DNA of 24,575 nucleotides from Bdellovibrionales bacterium (GTDB lineage: Bacteria > Bdellovibrionota > Bdellovibrionia > Bdellovibrionales > JAMPXM01). The translations under genes were made by a program, and so were the position numbers. The first letter of the stretch is position 1. Every line of letters begins with the position of its first letter. The DNA lies in NCBI GenBank assembly GCA_043739185.1, contig JAYUEN010000006.1:1-24575 (forward strand), read 5' to 3'. Below the pieces are notes generated by a model. The model was not told where the DNA came from. It was given only the letters and a program-made list of their open reading frames with translations, and ran no database searches. This document shows, in pieces, positions 9,857-17,256 of the stretch.

Positions 9857-10147
9857 CTAAGCTTTTGCCGGAGCAGGTTTAGCAGCTTTTTTCTCAGCAT
9901 GACCGTGAAAAGTTCTGGTGGGTGCGAACTCACCAAACTTGTGACCAATCATATTTTCAGAAACATAAACTGGAACAAATTTCTTACCATTATGAACCGC
10001 AAACGTAAGGCCTACCGCCTCAGGTAAAACAGTTGATCTACGTGACCAAGTCTTAATGACCTTTTTGTCATTCTTCTCAACAGCATTATTGAGCTTTTTA
10101 AGAAGATGATCGTCAATGAATGGACCTTTTTTTACTGAACGTGCCAC
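9857..10147 (-). CDS. rpsS: 30S ribosomal protein S19
   Basis: [22 protein letters not shown] and [11 protein letters not shown] motifs; GTG start. Confidence 0.98.
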   Translation of the reverse strand: MARSVKKGPFIDDHLLKKLNNAVEKNDKKVIKTWSRRSTVLPEAVGLTFAVHNGKKFVPVYVSENMIGHKFGEFAPTRTFHGHAEKKAAKPAPAKA

Positions 10148-10157
10148 TTAAATTCTC

Positions 10158-10976
10158 CTATTTTCTTCTCTTAACAATCTGACTATTGGTGCGCTTATTA
10201 TTTCTTGTCTTATAACCCTTACAAGGCTGTCCCCATGGAGTAACGGGATGATGTCCTTTACCAACACCTTCTCCTCCTCCGAGTGGATGATCAACTGGGT
10301 TCATATGCATACCACGAACTGAAGGACGAATACCCTTCCAACGATTGCGACCGGCTTTTCCTATGCTGATATTTTCGTTGTCCGTATTTCCTACTTGGCC
10401 AATAGTTGCTGTGCAATTTGAAAGAATTTGTCTTACTTCTCCTGATGGCATTCTCACTTGGCAATATTGTCCGAGCTTTGCAACGAGAGTCGCGCTCGCA
10501 CCTGCTCCTCTAGCAATCTGCGCACCCTTACCTGGGCGCATTTCAACGTTATGAATGATCGTTCCTGATGGAATCGCTGACAAAGGCAGCGTATTTCCTG
10601 GCTTAATATCGGCTGTTTCACTTGCAACTACGCTGTCACCAACAGTCAATCCAACTGGTGCAATGATATAAGCTTTAGCTCCGTTGGTATAATTCAACAA
10701 AGCAATGCGTGCGGTACGATTTGGATCATACTCAATCGAAACCACTTTTGCAGAAATATCGATTTTTGTACGATTGAATTCGATTAAACGATAACGACGT
10801 TTGTGACCGCCACCTTGGTGACGAATAGTGATCCAACCGTGATTGTTTCTTGCGGCCTTTTTATTCAGAGGAAAGGTCAATGATTTTTCTGGATAATCTT
10901 TAGTGATCTCAGAAAAGTCAAAGCCAGTCATTGTTCTACGGCCTGGACTGCGGGGTTTATAAGCTTTGATACCCAT
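10158..10976 (-). CDS. rplB: 50S ribosomal protein L2
   Basis: [30 protein letters not shown] and [13 protein letters not shown] motifs. Confidence 0.98.
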   Translation of the reverse strand: MGIKAYKPRSPGRRTMTGFDFSEITKDYPEKSLTFPLNKKAARNNHGWITIRHQGGGHKRRYRLIEFNRTKIDISAKVVSIEYDPNRTARIALLNYTNGAKAYIIAPVGLTVGDSVVASETADIKPGNTLPLSAIPSGTIIHNVEMRPGKGAQIARGAGASATLVAKLGQYCQVRMPSGEVRQILSNCTATIGQVGNTDNENISIGKAGRNRWKGIRPSVRGMHMNPVDHPLGGGEGVGKGHHPVTPWGQPCKGYKTRNNKRTNSQIVKRRK

Positions 10977-10978
10977 TA

Positions 10979-11257
10979 TTATGCTCCCTCAAACAGCGGA
11001 ATTTTTTCGCCGGCAACTAATTTTACTAGTGCCTTTTTGCGAAGTTGTGGCTTGCCGAGATTGGCTTGTTTTCTAAAAAATCGACCGCGGAAAACCATGG
11101 TTCTCACGTCTTCGACTTTTACTTTAAAGTTTTTCTCAATAGCCGCTCTAATGTCTGTTTTAGTTGCTTTTAAATCCACTTCGAAAGAGTACGTATTGTA
11201 CTCAGCGTGAATCGCATTTTTTTCGCTAACTAATGGTCTTTTAATTACTTCAAGCAT
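10979..11257 (-). CDS. rplW: 50S ribosomal protein L23
   Basis: [27 protein letters not shown] and KKALVKL motifs. Start placed at ATG 11257 (GGAG SD), overlapping the rplD end. Confidence 0.96.
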   Translation of the reverse strand: MLEVIKRPLVSEKNAIHAEYNTYSFEVDLKATKTDIRAAIEKNFKVKVEDVRTMVFRGRFFRKQANLGKPQLRKKALVKLVAGEKIPLFEGA

Positions 11258-11879
11258 TTTTCTCTCCAAAGCGATCGACAACTTTATTAATTGAAGCTTT
11301 GGTCATAACCAAAGAGTCATATTTCAAAAGGTCATAAACATTAATGCCATCAACTGAATAATATCTAAATTTGCCAAGATTTTTTGTGGCGCGATTGAAA
11401 TTTGCATTCAACTCTTGATCAATCAAAACAGCTTTTTTAAGTCCGAAAGTCTCAAATCTTTTTGCAAGTTCTTTTGTTTTGCCTTTTGAATCCATTGAAT
11501 CAACAACAAAAAGACGTCCCTCTTTATGAAGGTATGAAAGTGCCATTTTCAAACCAAGCTGACGCATTTTCTTAGGCAGCACATAGCTGTAATCGCGTGG
11601 CTGTGGACCAAACATGGTACCGCCGCCTGGCATAAGTGGAGACCGGCTTGAACCCTGTCTCGCATTACCAGTACCTTTTTGCTTGAATGGCTTTTTACCG
11701 CCGCCCGAAACAAGGCCCTTGGTCTTTGTCATAACAGTTCCTTGTCTACGACAAGCAAGCTGCCAACGAACAACCGTGTGAAGTATATCAAGCTTTACAG
11801 GTTTTTCAAAAACCTCAGCGCTCAACTCGATATCGCCAACTTTCTTTTTATCCCAATCCAAAACTGCAACTTTAGACAT
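11250..11879 (-). CDS. rplD: 50S ribosomal protein L4
   Basis: RQGT, GGGKKPFKQKGTGNARQGS and GGGTMFGPQPRDY motifs. Confidence 0.98.
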   Translation of the reverse strand: MSKVAVLDWDKKKVGDIELSAEVFEKPVKLDILHTVVRWQLACRRQGTVMTKTKGLVSGGGKKPFKQKGTGNARQGSSRSPLMPGGGTMFGPQPRDYSYVLPKKMRQLGLKMALSYLHKEGRLFVVDSMDSKGKTKELAKRFETFGLKKAVLIDQELNANFNRATKNLGKFRYYSVDGINVYDLLKYDSLVMTKASINKVVDRFGEKNA

Positions 11880-11882
11880 GTT

Positions 11883-12566
11883 CTACTCTTTCATCAACTT
11901 AACAAGTGTGTTTCTAGAACCTGGAACTGGACCCTTTACAAGGAGCAGTCCCTCACCAGCTAATACTTCAACAATCTTTACGCTTTTTACTGTAATATTC
12001 TCATCGCCCATATGCCCTGGGAATTTTTTGCCCGGCATAACTCTTCCTGGCCATGTTCTATTTCCGCTTGAACCTGGCTGACGGTGAAACTTTGATCCGT
12101 GAGCTGCGGGGCCACCTTGAAAATTATGTCTCTTCATTGAACCCTGAAAGCCTTTACCTTTAGAGCGAGAAGTGATCTTAACAACATCGCCCTTAGTTAA
12201 AGAAGCGATATCTACTTTTTGGCCTACGCTAGCGCCCGCGGGAACAACACCACGAATTTCTTTTACGAAACGTGCGCCATTCTCAAAGCCGGCTTTTTTC
12301 ATACGAACTTTTTCAGATTTAGATGAAAGAATTGCCTTTTTTGGAGAAGAAGCAATTTGAATCGCATCGTAGCCATCTGTTTTCATAGTTTTAATTTGAG
12401 AAACAAACCAAGGATCAAATTTCAATACGGTTACTGAAGTGAGATTACCTTGTTCATCATAGATAGATGTCATTCCGACTTTATGGGCAAAAAGACCATG
12501 CAATTTGAGCGCGCCAGATGCTGGAGCGGCCTCAGTCGTGGTTGTTGCCTCTTGATTTTCACTCAT
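11883..12566 (-). CDS. rplC: 50S ribosomal protein L3
   Basis: KVGMT, DGYDAIQ, SKGKGFQG and GRVMPGKKFPGHMG motifs; Thr/Ala-rich N-terminal extension. Confidence 0.98.
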   Translation of the reverse strand: MSENQEATTTTEAAPASGALKLHGLFAHKVGMTSIYDEQGNLTSVTVLKFDPWFVSQIKTMKTDGYDAIQIASSPKKAILSSKSEKVRMKKAGFENGARFVKEIRGVVPAGASVGQKVDIASLTKGDVVKITSRSKGKGFQGSMKRHNFQGGPAAHGSKFHRQPGSSGNRTWPGRVMPGKKFPGHMGDENITVKSVKIVEVLAGEGLLLVKGPVPGSRNTLVKLMKE

Positions 12567-12606
12567 GTGAGATCCCCTTTTACTAAGCCCTTTGGCTTAT
12601 TCTTAC

Positions 12607-12924
12607 TTAAACAACCGACAATTTGATTTCAACGTCAACACCAGCAGAGAGATCCAACTTCATAAGTTGGTCAATGGTCTGTTGAGTTGGCTCTAAAATA
12701 TCAAGCATACGTTTGTGAGTTCTGATTTCAAATTGTTCGCGAGATTTTTTATCAACGTGTGGAGAGCGCAAAACAGTATAGCGATTGATTCGTGTTGGAA
12801 GTGGAATCGGACCAGCAATTCGCGCACCAGTTCGGCGAGCAGTATCAACGATTTCACGTGTTGATTGATCAAGTAATTTATGATCGAAAGCTTTCAGGCG
12901 AATACGGATTTTTTGGCTCTGCAT
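12607..12924 (-). CDS. rpsJ: 30S ribosomal protein S10
   Basis: [17 protein letters not shown] and [20 protein letters not shown] motifs. Confidence 0.99.
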   Translation of the reverse strand: MQSQKIRIRLKAFDHKLLDQSTREIVDTARRTGARIAGPIPLPTRINRYTVLRSPHVDKKSREQFEIRTHKRMLDILEPTQQTIDQLMKLDLSAGVDVEIKLSVV

Positions 12925-13222
12925 GACTTCTCTCTCTTTAAAAATGACTGTGGGAGCTTTGTTTATTGAGTTTTGAACCTAAATGCAAACACAAATAGAT
13001 TCCCCACCTTAATAAAAGAATTTTACGCTTGATTTAACTCATGAGCGTCAAAATTATCTCTTATCAGGCGCAAATTCATTTATTCCAATTTCGACTTTTG
13101 CAAGAGGACCTTAGGTTCAAATCTCTTACCAAGTAGCCATTGTCACAAACAGAAATTCGCTCAAAAACGGGCACGAACAGTACATAAAACAGTAACAAAA
13201 CAACCCAAAATTAGATTGCAAG
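12925..13222 (-). promoter_or_regulatory. Structured 5' leader of the S10 operon (candidate cis-regulatory RNA)
   Basis: Imperfect hairpins at 13102-13127, 13019-13055 and 12950-13007, plus 14/15-nt complementarity between 13111-13125 and 12968-12982. The 5' end is inferred from the promoter candidate. Confidence 0.55.
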
Positions 13223-13228
13223 GTGTGA

Positions 13229-13258
13229 AGTATCTACCTTGTTTTCAAAAAATGTCAA
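13229..13258 (-). promoter_or_regulatory. Candidate sigma70 promoter of the S10/spc operon
   Basis: Perfect TTGACA (13258-13253), 18-nt spacer, GATACT (13234-13229), with a T-rich tract upstream of the -35 box. Confidence 0.55.
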
Positions 13259-13381
13259 AAGGAAAGAAAAGAAACTGTGAATCTCCTGGAGAATATTCAA
13301 TTTGAGAGAGAAAAATCGGAGTTTCGGGGAAGCAGCTACTGCTGGCGGAGTTCAGTTTCAGAGCCCGCAGGCTGTCTTCAG

Positions 13382-13930
13382 CTAATTCATTTGAAATATT
13401 GAACACTCGACATGGGCTTTAATTGATATTTGATCGCCAGCTGAATTCGCCAGCTGAGGACAGCTGATATCCATGCTCAATTTATTGCTATTGCGAGTGA
13501 TGTCGAGATCGCAATTTGATGAACTCGGGCCAAAGGTATTGCTGGTACCCGCTCCACTTTTAGACTGAATGATATATCGCATGGACGCGCCCGTAGTTTG
13601 GGATCCGATACCAATATGCCCTGAGGGAATTTCTTTGGATTGAAATATGAGCTCAAATTGGTCTAAGAGATTTGAATTGTCGCTCAATGTTCGCTCGTCA
13701 GATTTTGTCTGTAATGTGATTTCAGAAAAATTTATTCCAGGATCTTGAATGCAGGCCACCTGAGTCTTTTTATCGCCAGAGGAGTAAGTTTTTACTTCAT
13801 TAAGGCTGCCGGATACAGAAAGCGTAGCTTTAGCGGGCAGAACAGGTGCTGCATCACTTAAACCACTAGAGTTTGAGCAAGCACTTAAAATGAGACTAGA
13901 AAGTAAAAAAAAGCCAAGTACCTTTTTCAT
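13382..13930 (-). CDS. Hypothetical lipoprotein (182 aa)
   Basis: Signal peptide II pattern MKK + hydrophobic core + LSAC lipobox (Cys18), a Ser-rich linker, four further Cys and a GGAG SD. No family recognised. Confidence 0.85.
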   Translation of the reverse strand: MKKVLGFFLLSSLILSACSNSSGLSDAAPVLPAKATLSVSGSLNEVKTYSSGDKKTQVACIQDPGINFSEITLQTKSDERTLSDNSNLLDQFELIFQSKEIPSGHIGIGSQTTGASMRYIIQSKSGAGTSNTFGPSSSNCDLDITRNSNKLSMDISCPQLANSAGDQISIKAHVECSIFQMN

Positions 13931-13959
13931 AAAATCTCCCTTAACTAAGAATACAAATA

Positions 13960-13988
13960 CTTATACCCGCAAATTTACGCGCCTTGAA
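13960..13988 (-). promoter_or_regulatory. Possible promoter of the lipoprotein gene
   Basis: Minus strand TTCAAG-N17-TATAAG ending about 30 nt upstream of the ATG. Imperfect match. Confidence 0.3.
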
Positions 13989-14030
13989 CATTAATGGCGC
14001 AATTAGGTAAAAGTTTTAATTCGGCGTCCC

Positions 14031-14054
14031 TTTACCGCCACCAGTGGCGGTAAA
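14031..14054. repeat. Perfect GC-rich palindrome just after the fusA stop (REP-like or mRNA-stabilising hairpin)
   Basis: TTTACCGCCA-CCAG-TGGCGGTAAA, a 10-bp perfect stem with no U-tract after it on the coding strand. Confidence 0.8.
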
Positions 14055-14055
14055 C

Positions 14056-16152
14056 TTAGCGCCCGAGCTTAGTCAGGATCTCTTGAGCTGCTTTAGGCGG
14101 TAAATTCATATATTCTTTAAAGGTCATTGTAAAAGTTCCACGCCCTTGGGTAAGAGAACGCAAATCAGTCGCATAGCCAAACATGGTGGCGAGTGGTACC
14201 TCAGCGTCAACTACCTGCTCGCCATGTCTTGCCGACATACTGTGAATTTTACCTCTTCTAGAATTTAAATCTCCAATGACATTGCCCATATATTCTTCTG
14301 GAATGACCACTTCAACTTTGAAGATTGGCTCAAGAAGCTGAGGATCGGCATTGCGAGCTGCTTCACGAAATGCAATGCCAGCTGCAATTTTAAAAGCCAT
14401 TTCACTTGCGTCCTCTTGACGATATGTGACTGAAATCATCCGAGCGTGAACATCAATCATTTGAAATCCTGCCAGCACGCCATTCTCCATGGACTCGCGA
14501 ATTCCCTGTTCGACCGGAGCCACGAATTGCTTAGGAAACTGAGCCTCTGGTACCAAATTCGAAAACTTAAAACCCTCTCCCCGACTAAGTGTGCTCAACT
14601 CAATTATGACTTTGCCAAAGTGGTCATCTCCAGCCACTTGGCGTTCATATACGCCTTCAGCACGCTGAGTTTTTGCAATGGTTTCTTTATAAGTAACTTG
14701 GGGGCGCCCGACATTGGCTTGAATTTTATATTCTCTTAAAAGGCGCTCCACTAAAATTTCAAGATGGAGTTCTCCCATTCCTGAAAGCAACATCTGGCCC
14801 GTATCGGCATCGATGCGAACTTTGCACGAAGGATCTTCGCGCTCTAGACGTTGTAGACCTTGAATCATTTTCTCTTGCTCGGCTGAAGATTTTGCTTCAA
14901 TCGCTACTGAAATGACAGCTAGAGGAAATTCTATTGATTCAAGTAAAACCGGATGTGAGCTCTGACATAGAGTATCTCCGGTGGCGGTGAATTTGAGTCC
15001 GATCACCGCGCCAATATCTCCGGCCTTCAAACTTTGAATTTCTTCTCTAGAGTTCGCGCTCATTTTAACCAGTCTTGCAACCCGCTCTTTTTTATCTTCT
15101 CTTGGATTGTAGAGTTGGTCGCCAGTTTTAATTTGACCAGAGTAAACTCGAACAAAGGTTAAACTTCCGGCGAAAGAGTCGGCAGCAATTTTAAATGCAA
15201 GCAAGACTGGAGGATCTTCCCAATTGGTCTTGCAGACGATTTCTTTTTCTGGTCGCTTTGGATCATGCCCAACAATCGGCGGAAGATCGAGTGGGCTTGG
15301 CAAAAACGCAACGATTGCATCTAGCATCGGTTGAACGCCTTTATTTTTAAATGCAGCTCCACACAAAACTGGATAAGCTTTCAATGCGATCGTAGATTTG
15401 CGAAGCGAAGCTTTCATTTCTTCAATTGATATTTCTTCTCCCATTAAAAACTTATCGGTGAGGGCCTCATCCAATTCAGCAATACACTCGAGCATAAAAT
15501 CGCGCGCTGTTTGCGCTTCAGCCAGAAGATTCTTAGGTATATCTCGCGTTTCAAAACTTTCGCCCTTACCTGCCTGATCCCAAACAAGAGCTTTGAAAGC
15601 GATCAAATCGATCACACCCATAAAAGCATCTTCTTTGCCAATGGGTATTTGAATTGGTATAGGTTTTACTTTTAGCTTTTCAGCTATACTCGCCACACTC
15701 TCTTCAAAGCTTGCTCCAATGCGGTCCATCTTATTTACAAAGCAAATTCTCGGGACGTGGTGCTTATTGGCCTGACGCCATACTGTCAGTGACTGAGGCT
15801 CGACTCCATTGACCGCATCAAATACAGCCACAGCGCCGTCTAATACTCGCAAACATCTCTCGACCTCAATAGTAAAATCAACGTGCCCTGGAGTATCTAT
15901 GAGATTAATACGATGGTCTTTCCAGAACGTTGTGATTGCTGCGGAGGTAATAGTAATTCCACGCTCTTGTTCTTGCTCCATCCAATCCATAACGGTCGCG
16001 CCATCATGCACTTCACCAATCTTATGGCTTTTCCCTGAATAAAAAAGAATACGTTCACTGGTCGTGGTTTTACCGGCATCTATATGGGCCATGATCCCAA
16101 TATTTCGGGTGTATTTAAGATCTTCGATATTTACAGGATCAATGGCAGCCAT
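14056..16152 (-). CDS. fusA: Elongation factor G (divergent domain IV, EF-G2-like)
   Basis: [46 protein letters not shown] and [13 protein letters not shown] motifs. Start placed at ATG 16152 (AAGGTG SD). Confidence 0.97.
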   Translation of the reverse strand: MAAIDPVNIEDLKYTRNIGIMAHIDAGKTTTSERILFYSGKSHKIGEVHDGATVMDWMEQEQERGITITSAAITTFWKDHRINLIDTPGHVDFTIEVERCLRVLDGAVAVFDAVNGVEPQSLTVWRQANKHHVPRICFVNKMDRIGASFEESVASIAEKLKVKPIPIQIPIGKEDAFMGVIDLIAFKALVWDQAGKGESFETRDIPKNLLAEAQTARDFMLECIAELDEALTDKFLMGEEISIEEMKASLRKSTIALKAYPVLCGAAFKNKGVQPMLDAIVAFLPSPLDLPPIVGHDPKRPEKEIVCKTNWEDPPVLLAFKIAADSFAGSLTFVRVYSGQIKTGDQLYNPREDKKERVARLVKMSANSREEIQSLKAGDIGAVIGLKFTATGDTLCQSSHPVLLESIEFPLAVISVAIEAKSSAEQEKMIQGLQRLEREDPSCKVRIDADTGQMLLSGMGELHLEILVERLLREYKIQANVGRPQVTYKETIAKTQRAEGVYERQVAGDDHFGKVIIELSTLSRGEGFKFSNLVPEAQFPKQFVAPVEQGIRESMENGVLAGFQMIDVHARMISVTYRQEDASEMAFKIAAGIAFREAARNADPQLLEPIFKVEVVIPEEYMGNVIGDLNSRRGKIHSMSARHGEQVVDAEVPLATMFGYATDLRSLTQGRGTFTMTFKEYMNLPPKAAQEILTKLGR

Positions 16153-16220
16153 AAACACACCTTAATCTGGAATGAAATAATTTGTCTTTAAAAAAATCAA
16201 AGCTAGCGAGCTGATTTTTA

Positions 16221-16244
16221 ATACTGCCACCGGCGGCGGTGTAT
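16221..16244. repeat. Degenerate copy of the palindrome found downstream of fusA
   Basis: TACTGCCACCGGCGGCGGTG (16222-16241) versus TACCGCCACCAGTGGCGGTA (14033-14052): 16/20 identical. Confidence 0.6.
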
Positions 16245-16265
16245 GCGTTGAGACTTAACTCATCC

Positions 16266-16301
16266 AAACGAAAAAAGGCTTTTCGTTTCCGAAAAACCTT
16301 T
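16266..16301 (-). terminator. Intrinsic terminator after rpsG, upstream of fusA
   Basis: Minus strand AAAGGTTTTTCG-GAAA-CGAAAAGCCTTT followed by TTTCGTTT: 12-bp stem with one G-U pair, a GNRA loop and a U-tract. Confidence 0.75.
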
Positions 16302-16327
16302 CCTTCAATTCAAATCTTTTTAAATAT

Positions 16328-16801
16328 TTACCAGTTGTAGTGCGAGAATGCCTTGTTTGACTCAGCCATTCTATGAACGTCTTCTTTTTTCTTAATCGCA
16401 TTTCCGCGATTATTGTAAGCGTCTAAAAACTCTCCAGCTAATCTTTTTGCCATTTCTTTTTCACCACGAGCGCGTGAATATTCAATGAGCCAATTCATAG
16501 CCAAAGCTAATTTACGAGAAGGACGAACATCAACAGGAACTTGGTAAGTCGCACCACCTACGCGGCGTGAACGAACTTCGATCTGTGGCTTTGTATTCTC
16601 TAGAGCTTTTTTGAAAACTGTAAGAGGTTCTTCTTCAGTAATTTTAGTTTTGATTTCAGTAAGTGCTCCGTACAGCTGAGCTTGAGCGGTAGACTTCTTC
16701 CCGCCGTACATCATTTTATTGATGAACTTAGCTACTACGATATCATTGTAAATTGGATCTGGGAGAATCTCTCGCTTATTTGTACTACGACGTCTTGACA
16801 T
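16328..16801 (-). CDS. rpsG: 30S ribosomal protein S7
   Basis: [21 protein letters not shown] and [13 protein letters not shown] motifs. Confidence 0.98.
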   Translation of the reverse strand: MSRRRSTNKREILPDPIYNDIVVAKFINKMMYGGKKSTAQAQLYGALTEIKTKITEEEPLTVFKKALENTKPQIEVRSRRVGGATYQVPVDVRPSRKLALAMNWLIEYSRARGEKEMAKRLAGEFLDAYNNRGNAIKKKEDVHRMAESNKAFSHYNW

Positions 16802-16805
16802 AAAA

Positions 16806-17186
16806 TCATCCTACCTTTTTCGGGCGTTTTGTACCGTATTTAGAGCGGCCTCTTAATCTGCCGTTCACACCCTGAGTATCGAGTACACCGCGAACGATGT
16901 GGTAACGACATCCTGGCAAATCTTTTACCCGGCCACCACGAATGAGAACCACGCTATGTTCTTGAAGATTGTGACCAATCCCTGGAATATAAGAGGTTAC
17001 TTCGTAGCCGTTCGACAAACGAACCCGTGCTACTTTTCGGAGAGCAGAATTTGGTTTTTTGGGTGTAGTTGTATATACACGAGTGCAGACGCCACGGCGT
17101 TGTGGGCATTTTGCTAGTGCAGGAGAATTCGTCTTATTCTTTTGTACGACTCTCTCTTGGCGAATCAGTTGGTTGATAGTTGGCAT
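16806..17186 (-). CDS. rpsL: 30S ribosomal protein S12
   Basis: [35 protein letters not shown] and GHNLQEHS motifs. Confidence 0.99.
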   Translation of the reverse strand: MPTINQLIRQERVVQKNKTNSPALAKCPQRRGVCTRVYTTTPKKPNSALRKVARVRLSNGYEVTSYIPGIGHNLQEHSVVLIRGGRVKDLPGCRYHIVRGVLDTQGVNGRLRGRSKYGTKRPKKVG

Positions 17187-17210
17187 CCATTTACCTCGTT
17201 TAATTAATAA

Positions 17211-17244
17211 GACGTCTTGAATATTCTTTGTTTAGCAAGACGTC
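17211..17244. other. Inverted repeat in the rpoC-rpsL spacer
   Basis: GACGTCTTG-N16-CAAGACGTC, perfect 9-bp arms. Confidence 0.6.
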
Positions 17245-17256
17245 AAGTATGAAAGT

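Noticed and set aside
10255..10320. L2 motif DHPLGGGEG instead of DHPHGGGEG
   Set aside because: The key first His is retained and the next variable position differs among bacteria, so it is not evidence of altered function.
12925..13381. tRNA gene, CRISPR array or IS remnant in the largest intergenic gap
   Set aside because: I found no cloverleaf, no regularly spaced repeats, and no terminal inverted repeats or transposase fragment. The GGTTCAAAT at 13114-13122 resembles a T-loop but lacks the flanking tRNA stems.
13277..13402. 41-codon plus-strand GTG ORF (VNLLENIQFEREKSEFRG...) converging on the lipoprotein gene
   Set aside because: It is short, has no convincing SD and overlaps the lipoprotein 3' end. 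It does not resemble a tuf or rplX remnant.
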